In this document: piece after piece, positions 18,479-28,000 of the stretch | Position numbering within the stretch: the first letter of the stretch is position 1 | Layout of the letters: each line of letters begins with the position of its first letter | Made by a program: the position numbers and the translations under genes | Virus record (IMG/VR): IMGVR_UViG_3300011977_000424 | Origin: an uncultured virus (IMG/VR IMGVR_UViG_3300011977_000424) | Lineage: Duplodnaviria > Heunggongvirae > Uroviricota > Caudoviricetes | DNA length: 64,000 nt | Strand: one strand, 5' to 3' | Notes under the pieces: generated by a model | Told to the model about the DNA's origin: nothing | Seen by the model: the letters and a program-made list of their open reading frames with translations, nothing else | Databases searched by the model: none

Positions 18479-18928
18479 TCAGATGTTCTGATATTCTGTC
18501 TTAGCGTCAAAGCACGGGCACGCCTTGATCCACTCGTTGGGTTCTATCTTCCCGTTGTGGTTCAGATCGGGAGATGTGTCGCGGTGGCCAAGTATCTTTG
18601 CGCCTGGGTACTTCTTCTTAAGATCTTTAAGAATACTCCTCAGTCCGGCTTTTTGTGCCGGTGTCCGGGTGTCCTTGGGTTTACCATCCTTGCCTACGCC
18701 TCCCACATACACTACACCGATGGAGAATTGATTGTGCCCTTTGCAGTGGGCGCCTACCTGGTTCTCTGGTCTGCCTGGGTGCACAGTGCCGTCTAAGTAC
18801 ACTACATAGTGATAGCCAATGCAGCGCCAACCGTTGGCCTTGTGCATACGGTCGATGTCGGCAACGGTCTCGTTACGGCCTTCTGGTGTTGCCGTACAAT
18901 GCACGATAATTTCCTTAATCTGTCTCAT
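18479..18928 (-). CDS. Endolysin, N-acetylmuramoyl-L-alanine amidase (Amidase_2, T7-lysozyme-like)
   Basis: IIVHCTAT, IGYHYVV, GAHCKGHN, GHRD, KACPCF. Confidence 0.95.
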   Translation of the reverse strand: MRQIKEIIVHCTATPEGRNETVADIDRMHKANGWRCIGYHYVVYLDGTVHPGRPENQVGAHCKGHNQFSIGVVYVGGVGKDGKPKDTRTPAQKAGLRSILKDLKKKYPGAKILGHRDTSPDLNHNGKIEPNEWIKACPCFDAKTEYQNI

Positions 18929-19403
18929 TTGCTCGTTCTTCTTGATATTCTTTATCTTTCTTCTCTAAGTACTTCTTCACGGCTGGCAACTTCTCGATGA
19001 TCTCAAAAGAGATTATCCAATATAGGATGTCCACAAGCTGCCACATCGTGGTACCTTTCTCCAGTATGTGGTCGCGAAGGTTCCGCAAGATGTTCCTGGA
19101 GTATGCCCACACGGCAATGATACACACATACTGCACGCCTATCAATGCTTCGTCGCCTTTGTGAAGGAAATGGCCGGTCACAAAGATAAACACGATGATA
19201 CCAAAGAATACGAAACACTGCTTGCCAAAGCTAAATGTTTTCTTCATGCTCCAACTTCCACCGGTAACCCTGTCGGCCGTCCAGCCTGCCAGGTAGTTCA
19301 GCGTGAACACTATCAGCATGCCCACCACAAAGTCTTTGATGGGGTTCAGCATGAGTATGATGCTGCTCACTATTCCCATAAGTATTGTTTTCCAGTCGTT
19401 CAT
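18915..19403 (-). CDS. Holin
   Basis: Several TM segments, charged C-terminus, overlaps the amidase start. Confidence 0.75.
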   Translation of the reverse strand: MNDWKTILMGIVSSIILMLNPIKDFVVGMLIVFTLNYLAGWTADRVTGGSWSMKKTFSFGKQCFVFFGIIVFIFVTGHFLHKGDEALIGVQYVCIIAVWAYSRNILRNLRDHILEKGTTMWQLVDILYWIISFEIIEKLPAVKKYLEKKDKEYQEERANETD

Positions 19404-19415
19404 AAGCCGTCCTCC

Positions 19416-19688
19416 TTATATTAAGTAAATGATTACTCCGTAAATGGTTCCCAGGATGTCGGCCAATAGATCTTGCTTGTCAAAGATACCACCGGTGCGC
19501 CGGTCTCTATCTTCCTTCACCACTCCGGCGCACAGTGCTACAATGGTACCACAGATCAGCGAAATGTAGTCACGGTCGTACACGGCAAACAACTTTGCCA
19601 CAGTGAGGACAATCAATGCGCACAATGCGAAGTGGCATATCTTATCCATGTGCTTGCCCATCCATTGAAATATTTTCTCCATGGCCAT
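19416..19688 (-). CDS. Small membrane protein (VanZ/DUF2279-like)
   Basis: DKICHF...KE..D....FDKQDLLADILG. Confidence 0.6.
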   Translation of the reverse strand: MAMEKIFQWMGKHMDKICHFALCALIVLTVAKLFAVYDRDYISLICGTIVALCAGVVKEDRDRRTGGIFDKQDLLADILGTIYGVIIYLI

Positions 19689-19693
19689 GCCTC

Positions 19694-20188
19694 CTACTCT
19701 TTAAGATCGTACTTATCCCAGTCAATGCTAAGCTTAGCCTGCCAAGCCTCAGCAAGTGTGTCTGAGATATGTTTGTTCACTGTGTTGAAGAAGGCCAGGA
19801 AGTCACCTGCAGTATTGAACTGCTGGAGCACTGGTGCCTCATCGGTTCCTAACTTCACGCTTACCGGCAAGACGCTCGTGTCGCCTGTCTGGATCCTGAT
19901 GGCCGTCGCTGTATAATTCCGTTGGTTCTCGGCACTTAGCCACACAAGCAAGCCGTTAAACGTCAGTCCGGATAGGATCTTCTGCTGTGCGTCAGTGTCA
20001 ATGGCCTTATAGATGAAGTCCTGGATGTCCTCTTTAGTCGGCTCATGCCCAAACTCCTCTTCCCAGAAGTCTACATTCTCCCCGGTCTCGTTCGTCGGGG
20101 TCAGTCCCCAACGCACACGCCACTTGTTCTTCATAGGGTTCACACATTCTTTCAGTGCCACACCCTTGTAACCGTTTGCTCTGTTCAT
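19694..20188 (-). CDS. DUF4376-like tail-fibre-associated protein
   Basis: KILSG..FNG..VWLSAENQRNY...K.SIDW..Y; directly downstream of the DGR RT. Confidence 0.6.
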   Translation of the reverse strand: MNRANGYKGVALKECVNPMKNKWRVRWGLTPTNETGENVDFWEEEFGHEPTKEDIQDFIYKAIDTDAQQKILSGLTFNGLLVWLSAENQRNYTATAIRIQTGDTSVLPVSVKLGTDEAPVLQQFNTAGDFLAFFNTVNKHISDTLAEAWQAKLSIDWDKYDLKE

Positions 20189-20200
20189 AATAGCATTATT

Positions 20201-21502
20201 TTATGTAAATATGTATCTTATCTTTCCGTCGCCGTAGTGCTCCAGTTGTATCTCGGTGCGGAAGGGCATTAGTCCTTTGTCCTTGAACTGTTGCAGGAAA
20301 TAGAGCTGCTGCTTGTCCTCGGTGAAGTACTTACCCTGTGTCCCGTCCTCTTTCTCGAAGCTCACGAGCGTACGAAGTCCGTTCTTTGTCTTTACGTCTG
20401 TCTCAAAGTCCTTGATGATGATATGCGTGTTCACCAGTCGGGAGAGTTTCATCATTTCTCCGTTGAAGTGCTTCTTACCATCGTCGGCCTTGTATGTCAT
20501 TCCAACTTCCTTGAACTCTATCATAGTCTTTCCTGTTAATACATAGAACAGATGCCTGCCGTTGCAGTGTTTGAGCATGGCATACAGGCTCGCTTCCAGT
20601 TCATGCCTGCGCTTCTTGCTCTTCACTTTCTTTAGCCTACGGGCGGCTTTCTGTTTGTTTCGTTTCCTGAGCAATGTCTTTTCGGGGTATATCACATAGC
20701 CCAGATAGTCTATACCCTCCGTCACGGGAAATATCCGTTCGTTTGGCTTTATCGTCAGACTGATGGCCTCTGATAGCTCATTTACGATGTCACGGATAAT
20801 CCATAGCTTCTGTTTGTTGCTTGCGGCCTCGCTACCGTCGTCACAGTATCTGTAATGGTGGCTAAGCCTGTATTGGTCTTTCAGCACATGGTCAATATAG
20901 ATGCTCGCAAGCATGTTGGCAAGTATCTGGCTGCTTCTGAGGCCTATCGACAAACCATGTTCAAGCATGGTGATAAAGTCCTCCAACAGTGTAAGGGTGC
21001 GCTTGCCCTTGAAGATGTGCCTGCAACCTTGCATCATCACTTCGTGGTCTATGTTCTCGTAGAACTTTCTCCAGTCCCATTTATACCAGTACTTTGTTCC
21101 TTCGTGGTCCGTCAGGATGTCACGTCTGATATAGTTCAACAGGTCATGGGTGCCACGGTTCTTGATGCTGGCGGCGGTGGTTCTTATCCACCTGCCGTGT
21201 ATTTTTCTTTCCGCAACGGTGCAAAAGGCGTTCATGCCTACACGGTCATAGAGGCACACACTCTGCACTCGTCTAATCTTTGGCCCGTCGGTGACAAGCA
21301 TTTCATGATAGCCTTGCAGACGGAAGGTGCCATTCCTTAGCTCCGTCTGGAGCTTCTTTATCACCTCGTCACGGTGTTTGAGGATATATCGGCCTTGGTT
21401 GCTGTGCTTCCTGCGCTTGCCTCTCAACACCACTCCTATGCTGTCTGATATGTTGCCATAGTCGGCAACCTCGTCGAGCATTTCGTCACCTATACGTTCC
21501 AT
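20201..21502 (-). CDS. DGR reverse transcriptase with a fused ~107-aa C-terminal domain
   Basis: KWDWRKFYENIDH, GLSIGLRSSQ (DGR-type GxxxSQ), YRYCDD, GIDYLGY; adjacent TR/VR pair; ATG start chosen at MERIG (ORF track extends to TTG at 21610). Confidence 0.95.
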   Translation of the reverse strand: MERIGDEMLDEVADYGNISDSIGVVLRGKRRKHSNQGRYILKHRDEVIKKLQTELRNGTFRLQGYHEMLVTDGPKIRRVQSVCLYDRVGMNAFCTVAERKIHGRWIRTTAASIKNRGTHDLLNYIRRDILTDHEGTKYWYKWDWRKFYENIDHEVMMQGCRHIFKGKRTLTLLEDFITMLEHGLSIGLRSSQILANMLASIYIDHVLKDQYRLSHHYRYCDDGSEAASNKQKLWIIRDIVNELSEAISLTIKPNERIFPVTEGIDYLGYVIYPEKTLLRKRNKQKAARRLKKVKSKKRRHELEASLYAMLKHCNGRHLFYVLTGKTMIEFKEVGMTYKADDGKKHFNGEMMKLSRLVNTHIIIKDFETDVKTKNGLRTLVSFEKEDGTQGKYFTEDKQQLYFLQQFKDKGLMPFRTEIQLEHYGDGKIRYIFT

Positions 21503-21748
21503 ACCTATTCTATTTGTAGCCTTCCTTTTTTGATGCCCAAGTTCTTCGGCCGCTAACTTCTCTGTAGCCCTACCAAACTCTACATCCCGATTTATGTTTC
21601 CGCTTTCCAAACACCTTGTGATGGTGCTTGCTGCTGCCGAGGCTCATTCTCCCATGCTCAGCGTTGGGATATACATATCCCGGTGTCGTACGCATGTTAA
21701 TTTCTTCTGGCTACCACATCAAACGGTAAACCTTATTTCTTTCAGATT

Positions 21749-21862
21749 GCAAGCCGAGACCCGATGTTCGCATTCGTGTTCGATGAATCGTTGTTCGCAT
21801 TCGAGTACGACACACCGCCATTCGCGTTCGCATTGTTGTTCGACCGATAGACCACACGAGCC
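21749..21862 (-). ncRNA. DGR template repeat (TR), 114 bp
   Basis: Non-coding copy rich in AAC/AAT codons; aligns without gaps to 22079-22192 with 11 mismatches, all at TR adenines on the minus strand. Confidence 0.97.
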
Positions 21863-21875
21863 CACTGGAGAAATC

Positions 21876-21995
21876 CGCCTTTCGGCGACTGTTCGTCGCC
21901 TATATCGTCTTAACCATATCGTATCATTTTCATTCCGTTTTATCGTTTTCGTTTTGTCGGGTGGGAAGCTCGGCTTCGGGGCCTCGCTCCCCACC
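21876..21995 (-). other. Hairpins between the target stop codon and TR (DGR cis elements)
   Basis: GGTGGGGAGC-GA-GGC-cccgaa-GCC-GA-GCTTCCCACC (21960-21995); overlapping GGCGAC-gaaca-GTCGCC and CGCC-GAAA-GGCG (21876-21900). Confidence 0.6.
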
Positions 21996-22011
21996 AACCA
22001 CGTGTCACGCC

Positions 22012-25000
22012 TCACGCCACCTGCGTCACGCTCAGGAACGCTTCGACGCTCTCAGCACGTTTTATCGTTCCTCGGAAGGCAAGCCGAGACCCGAGGTACG
22101 CATTCGAGAACGATGAATCGTAGTTCGCACCCGAGCACGACACACCGCCATTCGCGTACGCATAGTTGTTCGACCGATAGACCACACGAGCCGTTGCGCC
22201 AATATTGTATGCGTACATTCCATCGGCATAGTATGTGGTACTGCTGCCATAGCTGTTGGTAGCTGGCAACAGGTCCATAAACCTGCCGTGGATAACCCTG
22301 ATGGCATATCCGTCGCAATCGTAGGCCTTGGCAACTCGCTCCTCACCGTTCACGGTCACACGGAGCTTGTTGTCATGCAAGGTCTTGTTATACCATGTGT
22401 TGCCAAGCCACTCAGCCTTGTTGCCCCAAAGGTTTTCATAACCCAGTGCGCAAGGTGAGCTGATGTTAGTCTTGGTACCATCGGTATAGTTGTTCGCCTT
22501 GGTGCCTCCCACATTCACGTAGGCTGTCTGCTCGTCGGTGTCCGCATTGTTGGAGTATGTTTCCTGCATACCCGTGGCGTTGGTTCTGCCGTTAGTGCGT
22601 CCACTATCATTTGAGCCATAGCCGTTGGTGTCCTGAGCGTTCCTTGTGCCGTGGCTGGCAAAGTACAGGTTGCCGATGTCCTTGTGCATGTCCCAGTCGA
22701 TGAGCTGGAAACCGTCGCCTCTGTTCTTTGCGTAGGTGGTGAAGGCACTCTGGTTTACTCCTCCAGTAGAGACACGTCCCGACACTGAGCGTAGGATGTC
22801 GTCTACCATGTTGGCTTCATACACACCTATCAGGCACTCATCGTGGAATACCCAGTCAGGTTCAATGGCCTCAACATTGCCACTGGTACAGAAGAGCACA
22901 TAGTCCCAGTCCACACCGTCCTTGATGGTGATGGCCACTTTCTTGGCTTTCTCAGGCAACGTGCAGAAGAGATACATTCCGTCCATGAAGCCGTTGATAC
23001 TCTGTCCGTTCATGTAGCTCAACACATTGTTGTCCTCGTCGAGTATCAACGTGCCGTAAGCGGAAGATGCGAAGCTCGGCACTCTCACCTGCTTATACTC
23101 CTTGTCCGTCGGTATCTCTATCACGGCATAGTTGTATCCTGTGAGTGCGGTGATGGCCCTGCCAAGGGTCGTCTCATTCAGCTTCAGCGCATAGCCTGTG
23201 GTGATGGCCATATCGCTTTGCACGAGTTTCTTATACTCGCCCATCTGCTCCGGCTCGCTGTCCTCGTCGCCATTGGCATAGCAAGCATACTTCTTCTTGT
23301 TGGTGAGGTCGTTGATGCCCTTATACCAATACTTAGGCTCCCATATCATCACGTCACCACTGGGGCCTGTGAGGTCGGCTTTGGTGGCCTGCGTGTAGTC
23401 GTCGTTGTCAGCGAAGTAGTTGCTGTTGTCGTCGTGGAGCTGGCACACGGTCATTTCTCCAGTGGCCGTTTTCTTCGCAAGGTAACGGTGACGCTTCGCA
23501 AGGATGGCCGACACATGGGCACTCGGCTTGAAGGTGTTGTTGAATTTGTAACCTGTCTTGTTGTCAAGGTTGCTAATGTTGGCCGGGTCGCTGATGCTGT
23601 CGTCAAACTCAATGGTGGTGCAGGTCGGCTGCTTGATGGTCAGCTCGTCGAAGAAGCTCTTCAGCACGGCCAGTTTGTCGTCGTCCATGTAGCTGGTGAG
23701 CTGGTAATGGCCTGTCAGCTTACATGTGCCTACAACGATGTTTCCGTTCTCGTCCAGTCCTCCGAAGTCCTTGTCTTTGAGGGCTTGCAGGTCGCTACCG
23801 TCACCCTCTATATTAATATTGGTGATGCGTAGGTATTTCAGCTTGCTGCCACTGGTGGCCACAATCTCCTGCATGAGTGCGTAACCGTCGAGTTGCTCAC
23901 AGTTCTCAACACTCAGGCCTGTGAGGTTGGCGATATTGTCAAAGACAATACCATTTCTCTTGATGGCTGGTAAGCTCTTCAAGATAAGCGTCTGGAAGTT
24001 CTCAGGAAGATGCAGGCTTGCCAGTGGGCTGGCCTCGGCAAAGCTCATCGTGCTCATTGTCGTGCAGCCTGTGGCATCCACATACTCCAACTTCATGCAC
24101 TTAGAGAGGTCGAGACTGCTCAGGTTGGTGTAGTTCTGTATCTCCAGTTTCCTGAGCATCGGTAGCTGGCTACCAATGGCAAGCTCTGTCAGTGAGTAGG
24201 TCTTACCCGTTGACGCAAGGCCAAGGATAAGGTGCTCCAACACTGGCAAGCTCGGCAATGTGAGGTCGGTGAAGCCTCCCCACTGGCTAAGGTCGAGATA
24301 CTTCATCCATGTACCACCATACAGATGGAAGATTGTACCGATGTTGGCCTCTTCTGAGTAGGTGGCACTCCACTCTGCATCAGCCTCAACTTTATCATGC
24401 TGCAAGCTGGAGTTTTCACGCAACAGTTCAAAGTAGTACTGGCGGCTTGCCTTGGCCACTACCTTTGCGCCTGCTGCGCTGTTGCCTTTCCAACGAATAT
24501 CACTCATGGTGTAGGTGCCTGTGCTGGCCCATGCGTCAAGGAGGCTGTTGCGGTTCGTCACAAAGCGGTGGCGGTGGGTCTTGCGGCTTCCCTGCATGCT
24601 CTCCAGATAGGAGTAGGTCTGCTTCGTCTCTACTCCATTGGTAAGCACGCTGATACCCTGTGTCTTTGGTATCACATACTTGTTGATGGCATCTTGGTTA
24701 TACACGGCCTCACAGAACTTATCGCTCTGTTGCTCGTCGAAATACTTAAAGATGAGGTCGTTGGTCAGCTTTGCGCGGATGCGCTTGTAGCTGGCTTTAA
24801 GCTCCGTCTGGAACATGGCTCTGAGGTTGGCCCACAGCACACTGTCATGGCCTGCGTAGGCATACACGGTGTGGTCGGCTGTGCTCAGCTCTGCGTCCAC
24901 GGTGTTCTCGTCCACGTCCCAGTCGTATTTCAGTCGTCCGTCGTTGCGCACACCAAGGATGGTATCGCAATCGTAGAAGATAAAGTAGCCGAGTACCTTG

Positions 25001-28000
25001 CCCTTGTCGGGGTTATACCAGAAAGCAAGCATCATGTTCTTTACTCGTTGGTCACAGCAAGCGAAGATGTCGGTAAACTCGTAGTAGTCGCACAGATAGT
25101 CGGTGTCGAAATAGTCGCCTATCTCGTCATGGAACTTCTTTCTGCGGTTTTCCACGGTGTCGGCAACGCTGCTGCCATTGATGGTGATAGTGCCTCCGTC
25201 CACCACTGCGGTGGTGTCGGTGCTCTGCACCCACTTCACAAGTCTCTCAAGGAAGTAGGGCTTCACGGTGCCGTTGGCGTAGGCATCGTTCAGGGTGTCG
25301 TTGTCGGGGAAACGGCTCTCAAACACCTTCGTCCAGTCGGCAACCTCAGCCTTGGCGTCGCTGTCGTAGGTCTTGCTGTCGAAGTCGGCAGTCTTGAACA
25401 TGCCCATTGGATAGTCGTTGTTCAGGAACTCCCAACACTCTGTCGGGTTGTCACCCATGACGCTATCTTCTCCGTCCATCACGCTGAACTCTGTCTTGGC
25501 AAGGGTGGCGGCATCCATGCTGCCCTTCAACGTGTCGAAGTAGCTCTTCATGCGTGCGTCGTCATGGTAGCCGGGAATATCACAGAAGCCAAACACGGCC
25601 TCCGTGCTCTTGTCGTTGTTCCAGTTGAACTTGCCCAAGAAGATGGGGTCGTCGTCGAGCGTCGCACGGTAGAACATGTAGCATGGCTCTCCGTCCACGG
25701 TGGTGCGCACGTCGTAGTCGTACTTCGTGCGGTCCACATGCTGCTGTGCCGGGGTCACGTCGCCGATGGCCACAAGCACGTCGTTGGCGATACGTGCCAT
25801 ACCTGTGTTGTGCGAAGATGAGCTCTCGGCATAGTCGGCCTTGCCACACCAACAGTTCACTGGAGCTGCGATATACTCGTGGTTGTCGTCCTTCAGGTGG
25901 AAACTCCACTTGCCCTTCGCTGCCTCCGTGCCTCCTATGCCCTGCTCGTCGCAACCGATATACACCGGGCTCTGCGTCTTGTCGGCCTTCTTGGTGTAGA
26001 AGCGGTAGTTCTTGATAGGATAGGCCAGTGAGCTGGTACCCTGCAAACGGATGCAACCTCCGTCCACTCGCATGTTCTGTTCGGCATAGCCTCCCTTCAC
26101 ATAGGTGAGGATTTCGGTCACGTCGTACTTCTGACTTTTGTTGTTGTTCACTGCGGCTTGCAACACGGTGGGCACTCCGTTGGCCTCAACGCCTGTCACG
26201 ATAACCACTCGTGTGCCTTCGGGCACGCTGTCCACGGTGATGTTGCCGTTGGCATCGAAGATGTTGTTCTCCTCATACTGGGCAAACATGTCGTCGGCAG
26301 TCTCTTGGTCGATGATGTAGAGCGCAAGCATCTGGTGATGGGTTAGGAAGCTGGAGTAGGAGCGCATGTTGTACACGTCCACTGTGGCCTCGTCGGTGCC
26401 TCCGATGGTGATAGGCATGGCCGTGCCCTGATAGATGCTGTCGCTGCTGGCTCGCTGCACGCCATTGCTGGCGATACCGTCGATATACATGTAGAGCATC
26501 AGGTCGCTCTGCTGCTCGTCGATGCTACTGCCATCTTGCTTCTGGGGATAGGCCACAAAGCCCACCTCGTGCACCTCGCCACTGGCCATCTTCATGCTCA
26601 CGGTGCTCTTGCCTCTCGTCTGCATGCGTGCCTCCTGCGGTGTGATGACAAAGCCTGTTCCGTCAGCATCCACACAACTGATGATAACGGCATCCTCATT
26701 CGTCACCTCGCTGGCCTTGAACTTCACTTCAAAGGCAAAGGCGTTGGTGGGGTTGCTGCTCGGCTGCTCCAGTGGGTTGAAGTTCACCACGGTCTTGGCA
26801 CTGTTCTTATGTCTGAGGAAGGTGCCCATCCATCCGTCACCACCAAAGGTGAAGCCTGTCAGCGTCGATGTGCTGGTGCCGTCCGTCCACTCTTCCCTGT
26901 TTGCATCGTTGTTGGTGCGTCCGTCGGCAGTGAGTTTCAGCTTCAGGTTGTCGGTGGGCTCTTCAAGGTTCAGGTCGCTCTTCGAGCTTACGAGATTATA
27001 CGTGAATGTCGTCGCTCCAACGGTGATGGTACAGGGCAGTGTGCCTGCGTTGGCACTGCGAAGCGTGAGCTGGGTGTTGCTGAAGCTCACACGGCTCTGA
27101 CTAACCACTACTCCGTTCACTTTCACTGTGGCCAGTGTCGGGGTCTCCTTGGGGTTGTAGGCGGCAAAGTTCACATTGTAGGTGTCAAACTGTGTCGTCT
27201 GGATATATGGTGTTGCGCCTGCCTCTATGATGGTGCCGTCGGCATAGTCGAAGCGTGCCACGACAATAGGCGTGGTCTTGCCACTCTCTCTTACGGCTAT
27301 GCCCATGTAGATGCTGTTACTCTTCAGCACGGTGCCACTGGCAAGCTCCAGCTCGGCCACGAGTTGTATGCTGTGGGCTCCGTGAGTGAGGTTCAGGGTA
27401 GACAAGCTGAAAGCTCCTGTTGACGTGGAAGTGGTGATGCTCTTGTCTTGGCTCTGCACTCCGTCAAGATACATCTTCAACGTCTTGGTACCTGAGCCAC
27501 TGAGGGAGTAAGAAATACTGATGGTGTCGCCTCGGTTGATTACCGATGCAATGTTGAATGTCGATGTCAGCGTGAGCTGCACCACGTTCACGTTCCATGA
27601 GATAGTCTGCGACTGCACATAGTCGCCTGCGTCCACATTGGCCTTCACCTTCACAGTGTTGTTGCCCAGTCCAAGGTACTTGGTAACGTCGAGTGTCGTG
27701 GTGCTGCCTGCGGTGAGGTTGATGTTCAGTGTGTTGCTCGTCGCTCCGTGAACGATGGTGACAACGGCCGTGGCGGCGTTACCTGTGCTCTCGCCTGTGT
27801 CGGTGCTCACATGGTCGTAGGTGAAGCTGAGCTTCACTTGGTCGCCACTCTTCACCGTCGGGTTGGCACTGAGCTTGGTGAGCTGCACCTTCGTTGTGGC
27901 GGTGCTGCCTCCACCACCTCCTCCACTAAACTCGTCGGTCTGGCTTATCTCCTCTCCGTTCTGGTCCAGAAGGGAAAGGGAATAGGTCTTGCTGTCTCCG

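Noticed and set aside
20201..21610. RT as a group II intron or retron RT
   Set aside because: The GxxxSQ motif and adjacent TR/VR fit a DGR; no intron-type maturase/endonuclease region or retron VTG motif was seen.
21749..22192. Repeated 114-bp sequence as a CRISPR array or simple duplication
   Set aside because: Only two copies, no spacers or cas genes; the adenine-only mismatch pattern identifies a DGR TR/VR pair.
21594..22346. ORFs spanning TR/VR (21594-22262, 21719-22015, 22052-22318, 22062-22346)
   Set aside because: Off-frame or antisense readings of the repeats with no protein-like features.
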